DNA of 64,000 nt from Histomonas meleagridis 2922-C6/04-290x (taxonomy: Eukaryota; Protista; Parabasalia): contig JAANOX010000224.1 in the NCBI GenBank assembly GCA_020184695.1, forward strand, positions 62,001-126,000, given 5' to 3'. Numbering within the stretch: position 1 is the stretch's first letter; every line of letters begins with the position of its first letter. A program made the position numbers and the translations under genes. Below, piece by piece: positions 21,676-32,400 of the stretch. The notes under the pieces were generated by a model, which was given only the letters and a program-made list of their open reading frames with translations, was not told where the DNA came from and ran no database searches.

Positions 21676-23243
21676 AAAATTTTAATAAAATATTTTTTCT
21701 CAATTATTTTGTGAAATTATTCCAAATTACGTTATGAATATATATAAATATAATATTGTTATTAAGATATTAAAATTAAATTTCGATAAATAGTCTATAA
21801 AATTCACTGTGTAAAAAACAATTTTTTTTATGATTACATTTTCATTAAATGAGGTATTTCAATATTTCCCTCTGTATGATTTTTTTTTTTATTCCAGGAT
21901 ATATGCATTTTTAAGGTTAGAACTTACGGACAGAAATGTCAAAAAACATGTTCGTGAATATCTTTAAAACGGCCAAGATTTGATTCTCAGTTTATTATAA
22001 ATTCCAAGTATAAAGCAAATCGTACAGAAAATTTATCTGGTTTCCTACCTCTGAATGATTGTATTAGGGATATGATAAAATTTGATTTTTGTGTTGAGTT
22101 TTTAGGATTTAATCTTTTATCTTGATTCAGCAGGAAAAAAATGTTGCTTAAACCGCTAACGATAAAACATCGGTTATATATCGGTTTTTCTACTGACATG
22201 GTTTGTATAGAATCTTTTGACAAGTCAAACAACACTTTTGCCGTGTCAAAATATATAATCAATTTACTGTGTATTTCATGCCACCACTAACTAAATCATT
22301 TTTATTAAATGAGCACAGCTGATCAAGTAATTAAACAAGATAACAACATAGTTGGGCAATATAAACTGATAAGTCATGATAAAGGTGATCCTATTGAAAG
22401 AAAAATCAGTCAATTAAAGTTTATAATTAATGATGCGTCAGATGAAGATTGTATGAAAGCTCTCAAAAGCGCATATGGCAACCTTAACAATGCAGCTCTT
22501 CTACTATTAGAAAAAAATGTGAATCATTCTAAGGATGAAGACAAAGAAAAGATCAGTGATAAAATTTTAAAGAAATTTAATGGAGTGTTGAGTTTATTTG
22601 AGATATCTCAAGTCCTATTTATGTGTAACAATGATGAAGATGAAGCCATGTCCATACTTCGTACTATGATTTGATGATTATTAAATATATACATATTCTT
22701 TTTTATAGTTTTTCAAAATGAAAAAATTAATGCCAAAGTATAACTTTTGACTTGTAATAATAAGGAAAATTATAAATAAAAGTATCAATAGATTTCTACC
22801 TTTTTGATGAAATTTTATAGCTGCAATGCAGTCGGTATCTGAAATTCATTAATTATTCAAATAAATTTTACGTTTGGAATTTGATTATTAATTCTATCAT
22901 TTTTAATTATATAATCCACTACATTATTTATAGGCGTTATCTTATATCCAAATAAAAGTTTTATTTCTTTTCATTAGCAAATATTTCCCAGAATTTCCGT
23001 TCAATTTATAAAATGCATCAATTCTCATTGAAACCAATTTTTTCTAAAAATTACCAGACTCTTTCATTGCCACCTGAAATTCAAAAAATATGGTAAGCCA
23101 GAAATCTCTTAAAGTCACAACTTCAGATAATCTGTGTACAACTAAATCAGTTCGTAGAAATGCATATATCCTGGAATAAATTCATAACGTAATTTAGAAT
23201 AATTTCACAAAATAATTGAGAAAAAATATTTTATTAAAATTTT
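21676..23243. repeat. Inverted-repeat pair: left arm 21676-21738 + 21888-21910, right arm 23158-23243
   Basis: Reverse complement of 23181-23243 matches 21676-21738 with 1 mismatch. Reverse complement of 23158-23180 matches 21888-21910 exactly. Confidence 0.85.
22309..22674 (+). CDS. Small UBA/CUE-like domain protein (121 aa)
   Basis: EDCMKALKSAYGNLNNAALLL and EISQVLFMCNNDEDEAMSIL resemble two UBA/CUE helical bundles. Inr-like TCATTTT upstream. Confidence 0.55.
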   Translation: MSTADQVIKQDNNIVGQYKLISHDKGDPIERKISQLKFIINDASDEDCMKALKSAYGNLNNAALLLLEKNVNHSKDEDKEKISDKILKKFNGVLSLFEISQVLFMCNNDEDEAMSILRTMI

Positions 23244-23456
23244 GATTTTTTATAAGAGTTCATTTTCTCAAAACACTATTTTATTTCTTTAATATAATAT
23301 ATTTTGTGAGTATATCTTCTATGTATAAACTCGAATCACACATTTATTCAAAAGATAAATTAGTTTTAAAATCGTAGAACGTTAAGTCACTTCACGTTGT
23401 CTGTGCTAAAATTGAAAATCACAAATTTCCGTAATCATAGAAAAAGTGGGATTTGG

Positions 23457-23474
23457 TCATTTATCATTTCATTA
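23457..23474 (+). promoter_or_regulatory. Tandem initiator elements TCATTTATCATTTCATTA directly before ATG 23475
   Basis: Close match to the trichomonad Inr consensus TCAYTWYTCATTA. Confidence 0.65.
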
Positions 23475-25910
23475 ATGGAAGTACAACAACTTATGGATGA
23501 TCTCGCCGACATTGGCGCATCTCTCGAAGGTGGTGAAGGACAAACACGTCTTCTTGATCGTGCTAAGGTTTGGACCACAATAATTGGAATTGCTGAAAAC
23601 GAACCAAATGTTCTTATCCCTTTGTTTAATTTCCTTGATTTATATACAAATATTGACCCAAAGTTCACAGAGGAAACAGTCCCTATTTTAAACGAGAAAA
23701 TCAATGTTTTTTCTGATTCAAATGCTGAACTTTCATCAAGAATCAAAGCATCTATATCACTCTTTTATTTACTTCCATATATTGAAAGCAGTAATGTTAT
23801 AAAAATTATTACAACAGCAATTGAAATCACAAATCAATTATATAATGAAAAGAAAGAAGTTCCAATAGATTTCCTTCAACCTCTTGAATCCATAGATTTT
23901 GGCCGTTTCCAAGACGAAACATTTGTTAAGCTTTATACTTTTATTGAACAAAAGATTAAAGAGAAAAATACAGCAGCACTTGTAGTCTTAGCCCCAATGT
24001 CTCAAATGCTTGTTCAATTCAAAGATGAAGCAATAAGTTTTATTGAAGAATCATTAATGGAATCATTATCAGGAGATGATTTCAAGAAACTTGCAGGTTG
24101 TTATCTCATCCTTAACCTTTCACAATTCTTTGAAGTTGATCCAGCTTTCGCACAGCATCATGGAGAAGATTTATTCAAAAAAATCAAAGCATTATTAATC
24201 GATCCAAATCCTATTGTACGCAATAAATCCAACAAAGCATATCGTGAGCTTGTTGTTACCAAAGTATTTCTTCAAGAAGATTTTCTGAATGAAATCATTG
24301 AATTATATCCACAAATTCCACGTAGTGATTTAGTAGGCTTTTTCAAGATTCTTTCTACGTACATCTTTCCTGATGAAGAAAGTGAAGATGGTGAAGAAGA
24401 AGAAGTTGATCTTTCCATCATTCAACCAATCTTAACATTTGCCATTGAAAAGATCAAAGGCGATGATACTTATGTCAAAGGCCTTTGTCTTGATACATTT
24501 GCTGATTTAGGCTTTCGAGACAAAGCGTATGTTGAAGATGATGTTGAGTTTGCCATCAAAGAAACGGAATCACTGGTGAATGCAAAAGTGCTTGACACTT
24601 TTGAGTTTATTGGCAATTTCCTTGTTGTTATTCATGAGCAATTTAAAGGTATTTATGATTCACGTATTTCAACTCTTTTACCTTTAATATCATCTGAACT
24701 TGATGATGAAACGATTGGCAGTCTTAAACGTCGACTTTCATTAGGCTCCAATTTATCAGTGATGATTTCCAAAGGATTATGTCCCGAACTTACACAAACA
24801 GTTGTTAACTTTGCGATGAAATCACTTGAAAGCACAGACGAAAAGATATTATTTGAAGTTTGTGGAATATTTTTACCACTTTGTAAAATATTAGAAAAAG
24901 ATACAGCAGTCCAAATCTTTAATACATTATCAGCACATCTTAAAACAACGACAAACATCGAAAATGTTAATGGTTGGTGTCATGTCTTATCCAAACTCAT
25001 TAAACATTATAACATTGATACGACGCAATCAGATGAACTTATCAATGATATCCTCGAAGGTAAACTCAGTATCCTTCATGGCCATAAGTTACATCAATTA
25101 CTTGAGCCGATATTATCGTTATATCATTTCTTATCACATTATATTAAATCGAATCCTAAAAAAGGCGAAAAAATATGTGAAACATTAATTTCATGGTTAC
25201 CACAAACCATATTCCAATCAATACCTTCTTTGTTATCACCAATTTCGGAAGGCATTAAAATCGGATCAATTATATCAAATGAATCAATCACAAATTTATT
25301 AACAAATTTGATAAAATTGTTAAATAAATTTGTAGAAGATGATATCGATGAAATAATTTCGGTGTTAAATTTGTTAAATGAAGTTTATATTAAATATCCA
25401 AAGGCATTTAATAATATAACCGAAATTATTAATAATATGAAAAGATTAATATCAATGGTGGATAGTAATAATGAAGAAGAAGATAACGAAGAAGGTTTCG
25501 ATAGAGAAACTATTGCGATAATGCCTTCAATCACTAACTTCGTGTTTAATGTTTACGCGTCGGATGATTCAGTAGAAGTAAACGAAGAAGTGTTAAGTAA
25601 ATTGATCGAGTACTTGCCTTATCCGCCAGAAGTGGAAGAAATGAATGACATCATGGCAAACCTGTTGCAGATGCTGCAGGACGAAGAAAGATTCGAACCG
25701 GTGCTGATCCCAGCGCTGAAGTTGATAACTGACGTCTTGTTGATGAAGAAGTCCGAGCTCGAAATGTATAACTTCGACGAAACGTTGGACGAAATGAAGG
25801 AAACGCTGAAGAGCTTGGTCAAGGGGAACAAGAAGAGGCAAATGGAAATAACAAAGGACTTCCAGAAGTCGCGCGCAAAGGTGAACAGATTCAACGCATT
25901 GATTAGATAG
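23475..25910 (+). CDS. HEAT-repeat (importin-beta-like) protein, ~811 aa
   Basis: HEAT motifs (LLIDPNPIVRNKSNKAY, DDTYVKGLCLDTFADL) and acidic loops. ATG at 23475 follows the Inr (track start is TTG). Confidence 0.7.
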   Translation: MEVQQLMDDLADIGASLEGGEGQTRLLDRAKVWTTIIGIAENEPNVLIPLFNFLDLYTNIDPKFTEETVPILNEKINVFSDSNAELSSRIKASISLFYLLPYIESSNVIKIITTAIEITNQLYNEKKEVPIDFLQPLESIDFGRFQDETFVKLYTFIEQKIKEKNTAALVVLAPMSQMLVQFKDEAISFIEESLMESLSGDDFKKLAGCYLILNLSQFFEVDPAFAQHHGEDLFKKIKALLIDPNPIVRNKSNKAYRELVVTKVFLQEDFLNEIIELYPQIPRSDLVGFFKILSTYIFPDEESEDGEEEEVDLSIIQPILTFAIEKIKGDDTYVKGLCLDTFADLGFRDKAYVEDDVEFAIKETESLVNAKVLDTFEFIGNFLVVIHEQFKGIYDSRISTLLPLISSELDDETIGSLKRRLSLGSNLSVMISKGLCPELTQTVVNFAMKSLESTDEKILFEVCGIFLPLCKILEKDTAVQIFNTLSAHLKTTTNIENVNGWCHVLSKLIKHYNIDTTQSDELINDILEGKLSILHGHKLHQLLEPILSLYHFLSHYIKSNPKKGEKICETLISWLPQTIFQSIPSLLSPISEGIKIGSIISNESITNLLTNLIKLLNKFVEDDIDEIISVLNLLNEVYIKYPKAFNNITEIINNMKRLISMVDSNNEEEDNEEGFDRETIAIMPSITNFVFNVYASDDSVEVNEEVLSKLIEYLPYPPEVEEMNDIMANLLQMLQDEERFEPVLIPALKLITDVLLMKKSELEMYNFDETLDEMKETLKSLVKGNKKRQMEITKDFQKSRAKVNRFNALIR

Positions 25911-26682
25911 AAAGGTTAATAAAAATATTTGACGAAATTTTGGCGCTGTGAGCAAAAGATAACTTCGGTACGGAGAATTGCAATTCGCTCCTCAACAAAT
26001 TTTTATTATTTTATATCTCAATGAATTTACTTTAAAATTTCTTTTGGATTGTGAAACAAAGCAAATAAAATGAAGCGCATTATTGTTAATGAATGATCTT
26101 TTGACTATGATTTCATTAAGAATTAAATGGTACCAAACATAAATTTACTATCAAAAGCTTTATCTTATTCTTTAAATTCCATTAGTGGGTATACAATGTT
26201 ACATTGGCACAAGAACACTTTTATTGAATATACTTTCACTGTAATTCGTGCATTTATCCAACTGGAGTTAGTGGATATCGTTATGTCGTAGATAATGACA
26301 TGGATAATATTCTTCCAGTTGATACTGCTAATCTTCAAAAGACATCAGAAAATGAGATCTAAGGATTTTGTTAGAAATTATTTAAATATGGATATGTGTT
26401 CTTTATAAAATTTAGGATAGTGTTGAAAATTGTTTTTTCAATGGGGATATGTACAAAATATATAATGTTGTGAGTTATAATTTTATAATCTTTTATTCAT
26501 AATCAATAATAGATTTATATTTTCATATCTAATATTTGTTATTCTAGAAAATAAACAATAAAATTAAAAAATTTTTGCTATCGAAAATATGAAATTTTTT
26601 CATTTTCTTAATGTCTTTCATCATTAAAATTTCTATAAAATATATATTTAATAATACAAACAAATTTTTATTCTATAATAAA

Positions 26683-29343
26683 TTATTTTATCCAATTTTC
26701 TCTTATACAACATTCCATTACTTCCAATGATTCGAAATTATCTTCTGGTGATTTCAAAGTAGCGAAAGCCAAATCGATGCACAACAAAAACAAATATAAT
26801 TGAACGACAGCTTGTTTTGGATCTTTTGCAATTATTAAATGTTTCAAATTCATTAAATATTTTCTAATTTCATCCAAAATTGTTTTCAAGGACAAATTTT
26901 CAGGTTGTAATTCGAATTGTGAATTTAGAAATGTTAATACATCATCCATTTTATACTTAATTTTATTCCATTGTTCAGATATAACATTTAGAAGTTCAAT
27001 ATCGAAATCTTCTTTTTTATTAAAACTATACAGTAAAGAAGACAATTGAAACTTTTTAACAAATTCTTTTAAAGAAATTTCATTTTTATTTTTCGATTTC
27101 GATGCAAAAATTTTTACAAATTTATTTATTTGTTCATACGTAATATTATTAAAAAACATTTTAATAATTTTAATAAATTTCTCATTAGAAATTTTAGATT
27201 TAATTTTATACACATTTAACATATTTTCAAACCTATTTAACGAGTCATTATAATAATACTCAACACATTTTCTTAATATATTATGCATTGCGATATATCT
27301 TTTCGTAGATTCAAGATATATCGCAGGTCTTGAAATACTCATTTCGATAATCGAATTCAAAAAAATTTTATCATAAAAAGGCAAAATATTTTCGATTTGA
27401 TTTTGTGACAAAAAATATTCAACAAAAGTTTCAAGACAATCATTAGTATGCATAATCACAGAATAACCATTAATCATACATTTCGCTCTCATTTTGATAA
27501 AAAACGCAAGTTGTTCCTCATTTAAAATCTCAAACAAAAACTCAATAAAAAAATCAATTTCAGAAGTTCTTCCCTTATGTTTCATACAAGTATTATATAA
27601 ATCCCAACAATATTGTTCGGCTTGGAAAGGAATTTTAAATTTCTTTTGTGAATAACTGATAATAAATTCCGGAAATTTCATAATTTTAGATTTGTTTTGT
27701 AATGAAACTTCATCAAAATTTGATTTCGAATCATAAATTTCATGAATTTCATATAATATCCACGTAAAACTTTTCGGTAAACGTTGTGAATAATTTGAAG
27801 AAATTAAATTCAAAAAGCGAATTTCATTTTCATCATTATTATATATATCTATTTCATTATATTTAATTTGTTGTGGAATTAAAGTTTGTGTATAATTATC
27901 ATTTAAAGAAGGTTTTTTAATTGCATTTATAATACAATTTTTAACTAAAAACGAAGAAAATAACTTAAAAAAATTGTTATCTTTTTCAGTAAGTAAAAAA
28001 TTTCCTTTTAATATTAAATTAACTTTATTTATGTCCGCTCTAAACTCATTTTCATATTTCATTAAAGATGTTTTAAATAATGCAAAATCTTCATAAGAAT
28101 TAATTTCAATTGTTTTATATAACGTTGAAATAAAACTTTTTAAATATTCGTTTTTAACTAATTCATATAAATCTTTACTTAAATTATTTGTTTTATTATT
28201 CGAATTCCAAAATATGTTTCGATTATGTATTAAATCAATTTGAGTTTGTGTACGAATAAGTTTCGGTTGAATTCGAGATTTTTCCATTTCATTCGATATA
28301 TTTAAGATTTCGTGATCAATTCGTTTGATTCGTAACTTAATGTTTTTGATTTCTTCATTCGTTTGTTTGATTTTTTCCGTTTTGTCGTTGTTTTTGCTTA
28401 ATAATTCATTAAATTCTTCGTTGAATTTGGTTAAGTCATAAAAACGTTGTTTCGAAAGATTTGTAATTTTTTGAAGTTCATTTAATAATGAATTAAGTTT
28501 TTCGTTCTTTTTGTTGATTGAGTCATTAGTTTCACTTATCTCCGATTGTATTCGTTGTATTCGTTGCGCTTCATTTGAGATGTTTTCAACAAGACAATCT
28601 CGGCGTGAAATAATTTCATTGATCTCTGTTTTAATATCATTAATTTGGGAAATTAAATGGTTTTGTTGATCATTTAATTCTTTAAGATGCGTTTTTAATT
28701 GTAAAATTGATGATTTATGATTATCGATTTTATTATTAATGGATGAAATTATGGAGTCATAATGAGATTTGATAGATGGAATAGAACCTTTTGCTTCAAC
28801 AAAGATGCTTCGACAATTTTCAAGGAAATCGCCTTCATCTGTACTCTCGATAAAATATTGTCGAACTACTTCAGAAAATATTTCATTGTACGATTTTTCA
28901 ATATTAGAACTTGAGTCTTTGTGAGCTTGAGAAATGAGTCGATCTAATATTTCGCTTAATTGAATAAAATTTGAATCTGTCGGTGGATCATATGGATCCA
29001 AATATTTAAAATAAAACCCATTAGGAGCTTCATGTGGCTGTCTGCTTTTAATCTCAACTTTAATGTTTGGTTGTATTATTTCTTTTTTTTCAGATTTTGT
29101 AATAGAAAATGATGTTTTGGGACGAATTTTTTGGGTTCTAACATAAGATTTGAAACGTGGGGTTGATGGGGTCGGTTGTATTTCATTTGGTAATGGAGGC
29201 TTTGAATAAATAATTGTATGTTGAGATGGTGTTTTTCCTAACAAACCTGATCTAACAAGTGCTGGTTCAATTTCTTTTGTTGTGGGATTAGGTTGTACAG
29301 TTTTATTTCGAAATACACTCCCAAGTAAAGTGGAGTGCTGCAT
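26683..29343 (-). CDS. Coiled-coil protein, probably flagellar/axonemal-associated
   Basis: Central heptad-rich coiled coil. EVVRQYFIESTDEGDFL resembles the axonemal dynein light chain p28-type segment. WILYEIHEIYDSK...FPEFI...YCWDL resembles a domain common in flagellate proteins. Confidence 0.5.
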   Translation of the reverse strand: MQHSTLLGSVFRNKTVQPNPTTKEIEPALVRSGLLGKTPSQHTIIYSKPPLPNEIQPTPSTPRFKSYVRTQKIRPKTSFSITKSEKKEIIQPNIKVEIKSRQPHEAPNGFYFKYLDPYDPPTDSNFIQLSEILDRLISQAHKDSSSNIEKSYNEIFSEVVRQYFIESTDEGDFLENCRSIFVEAKGSIPSIKSHYDSIISSINNKIDNHKSSILQLKTHLKELNDQQNHLISQINDIKTEINEIISRRDCLVENISNEAQRIQRIQSEISETNDSINKKNEKLNSLLNELQKITNLSKQRFYDLTKFNEEFNELLSKNNDKTEKIKQTNEEIKNIKLRIKRIDHEILNISNEMEKSRIQPKLIRTQTQIDLIHNRNIFWNSNNKTNNLSKDLYELVKNEYLKSFISTLYKTIEINSYEDFALFKTSLMKYENEFRADINKVNLILKGNFLLTEKDNNFFKLFSSFLVKNCIINAIKKPSLNDNYTQTLIPQQIKYNEIDIYNNDENEIRFLNLISSNYSQRLPKSFTWILYEIHEIYDSKSNFDEVSLQNKSKIMKFPEFIISYSQKKFKIPFQAEQYCWDLYNTCMKHKGRTSEIDFFIEFLFEILNEEQLAFFIKMRAKCMINGYSVIMHTNDCLETFVEYFLSQNQIENILPFYDKIFLNSIIEMSISRPAIYLESTKRYIAMHNILRKCVEYYYNDSLNRFENMLNVYKIKSKISNEKFIKIIKMFFNNITYEQINKFVKIFASKSKNKNEISLKEFVKKFQLSSLLYSFNKKEDFDIELLNVISEQWNKIKYKMDDVLTFLNSQFELQPENLSLKTILDEIRKYLMNLKHLIIAKDPKQAVVQLYLFLLCIDLAFATLKSPEDNFESLEVMECCIRENWIK

Positions 29344-29427
29344 CCCAGATTCTAACGGATTTTTTTCAATTTGATTTAATCGTAGTCAACTTGTCATAAT
29401 CAGTTTTCTTTTTCTTATAGGGGTTCC

Positions 29428-32400
29428 ATGGAAGAAAATAAATTTTTCCATTTGTTAAAAGCAATTCAAAATATTACTTTAAATATAAATGAAGATAACA
29501 TATTATTTGATGTTCAAGTAATACTTAATCTTTTTGATGATAATTTTTCATATTCTTTTAACCTCATTATTTGCCAATTGTTATATTCATCTTTTGTTTC
29601 ACGAATAGCAGATTTTAATTTATGTTTTGAATTCTTGAAAGCAATTGAAAAAAATGAAAAAGAATTAAATAAAAGTAATTATAAAATTTTAGATATATTT
29701 GCACAATTTCTTATAACAAAATCAACTCAAGAATCCGATTATCTTCTAGAAAAATTACTTGAACAAAATATAATTAGTTCGGAAATTGTTAAAAATAAGT
29801 CAACATTATATTTCGCACAATATAAAACTTTAGAAGAAATCGAAAATTCGGATTACTTAGAATATGAAACACCTTTTTGGAATGATTTTTTTGATAACTA
29901 TGAGCAAATTTCAAAAGATAATTTTAAACTTCATAAACAATTAACTTATGAAGGGGTTAATCCATTAAAATTAGCTATAATAATCCGAAATGACGAAATA
30001 GAAGAGCTTCAAAAATTATCATCTTCACAAAATGAATTTGATTATAATCAAAAAATTAAACCATCACTTTATGAAAGATATACTTTTATTAACAATGATA
30101 CTATTTCACTTATTGATTATGCAGCATTTTTTGGATCAATAAAATGTTTTAAATTCTTATTTTTGAATGGTTCTAATATAACAAATACAGGAAAATATGC
30201 AATTGCTGGAGGAAATTTAGAAATAATTCATATTTGTGAAGGAAATAAAGTAATATTTAAAGATACATGTGATGCAGCAATTGAATATCATCGCAATGAT
30301 ATTTTTAAATATATTTATGAAAACAAAATTTTCGATATAAAATATGTAAATGATTTAGTACGAAAATGTATTTTATATAATAATTATGAACTTTTAAAAT
30401 ATTTTATTGATAAAGGAATTGAAATCAATGATTCTATTATCAATGAAGCAGCAAAGAATGGAAATTTGTTTCTTGTTAAATATTTTTTTGAAGAAAATTA
30501 TATTCCAAATGATATTTTGGTTTCAATAACAAAATCAGGAAACATCGAATTATTTAAATATATTCTTGAACAAAGAAAAGTTAATATCAATATCAAAGAT
30601 ATTTAATATTTTTTTATAGCATTTATTTCGAAAAAATTGGATATATTTTAATTTATTGGAGTTTTTTGTCGCCATTTAATACAGCTCTTATGATTGCCTC
30701 TGAATATGGATATACAGAAATTGTTAAAATACTTCTTGAACAGGAAGGAATTCTCATTAATAGTAGAAATATAATTTTATATCATTTAAAGTTTCTTTTT
30801 AAAAAATGATGTATGAAAATAATTTTCGGAGTTAAAGTAGATTATTTAAAACAGCAATTTTTTTGGCATCACAATATGAAATAGCTAAATTGCTTTTCGA
30901 CCGTAAAGAAATTGATGTTAATCCCAAGGCTGTAAATTTTTTCAATTAAAAATTTATTTTTATATTTTAATATTTTAAATTAATGTCCGGAAATTATTTA
31001 ATATATTTTGGACAGCATTAATTTATGCATCACAAAAAGGTTATACCGAAATAGTAAAATTACTTCTTGATCAAAAAGAAATTGATATTAATGCCAAAAC
31101 TATTTATTTGTTGCATTTAAAATTTCAATTTATAAATTCAGATTTCAAAAAAATATTTGGAAATTGTTCAAAACATTTGATACAGCAATTATTTTAGCTG
31201 CTCAAAATGGACACACAGAAATAGTTAAATTACTTCTTGAACAAGAAGAAATTAAAGTTAATATTAGAACTATTTGTTTATATTATTTAAAATTTATTGT
31301 AATAATTTGATATTTTAAAACAATATTTAGAAGTTATTTAAATTATTTGAGACAGTACTTATTTTAGCTTCTCAAAATGGTCATACAGAAATAGTTAAAT
31401 TACTTCTTGAACAAGAAGAAATATATATCAATGCTAAAGATATTTATTTGTTTTATATAAAATTTATTTTAATAATTTGATATTTCAAATCAATATTTGG
31501 AAATTATTTATGATATTTTATACTGCTCTTATTGAAGCATCTGAAAAAGGTCATACAGAAATAGTTAAAATACTTCTTGAACAAGAAGAAATATATATCA
31601 ATGCTAAAGATATTTATTTGTTTTATATAAAATTTATTTTAATAATTTAATATTTCAAAATAATATTTGGAAATTATTTCAAATATTTGAAACAGCACTT
31701 ATGAATGCATCCGAAAAAGGTCATACAGAAATAGTTAAATTACTTCTTGAACAAGAAGGAATTGATATTAATGATAAAGATATTTATTTGTTTTATTTAT
31801 TATTTATTTTAATCATTTAATATTTCAAAATAATATTTGGAAATTATTTAAATTATTTTGGACAGCACTTATTTTAGCATCTTTAAAAGGTCATACAGAA
31901 ATAGTTAAAATACTTCTTGAACAAGAAGGTATTGATATTAATGCTAAAAATACATGTTTATTCTGTTCAAAATTTATTTTATTAATTTTATGTTTCAAAA
32001 TAATATTTGGAAATTATTTAAATTATTTCAAACAGCACTTAGAGAAGCATCTTGGTATGGTCATACAGAAATAGTTAAAATACTTCTTGAACAAAAAGGA
32101 ATTAATATTAATGCTAAATATATTTAATTGTTTTATTTGAAATTTATTTTAATAATTTGATATTTTCAAATAATATTTGGAAATAATTTTAAATATTTTA
32201 TACAGCACTTATGTTAGCATCTTCAAATGGTCATACAGAAATAGTTAAATTACTTCTTGAACAAGAAGGAATTGAAATTAATGCTAAAGGTATTTATATG
32301 TTTCATTTCGGATTTATTTTACTAATTTTCTATTTCAAAATAATATTTGGAAATTATTTAAATTATTTAATACAGCACTTATATTAGCATCTTCAAATGG

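Noticed and set aside
26100-26352. Protein-like short frames at 26100-26352 and 56270-56450
   Set aside because: Under 60 codons, broken by stops and frameshifts, and no family recognised.
31650-31690. Conserved hairpin (TTTCAAA...TTTGGAA) or TTTAAAT -1 slippery site as the signal
   Set aside because: Present only in the recently duplicated blocks and absent from diverged junctions (30601-31011, 56796-57539). Stops in both frames prevent a common single shift point.
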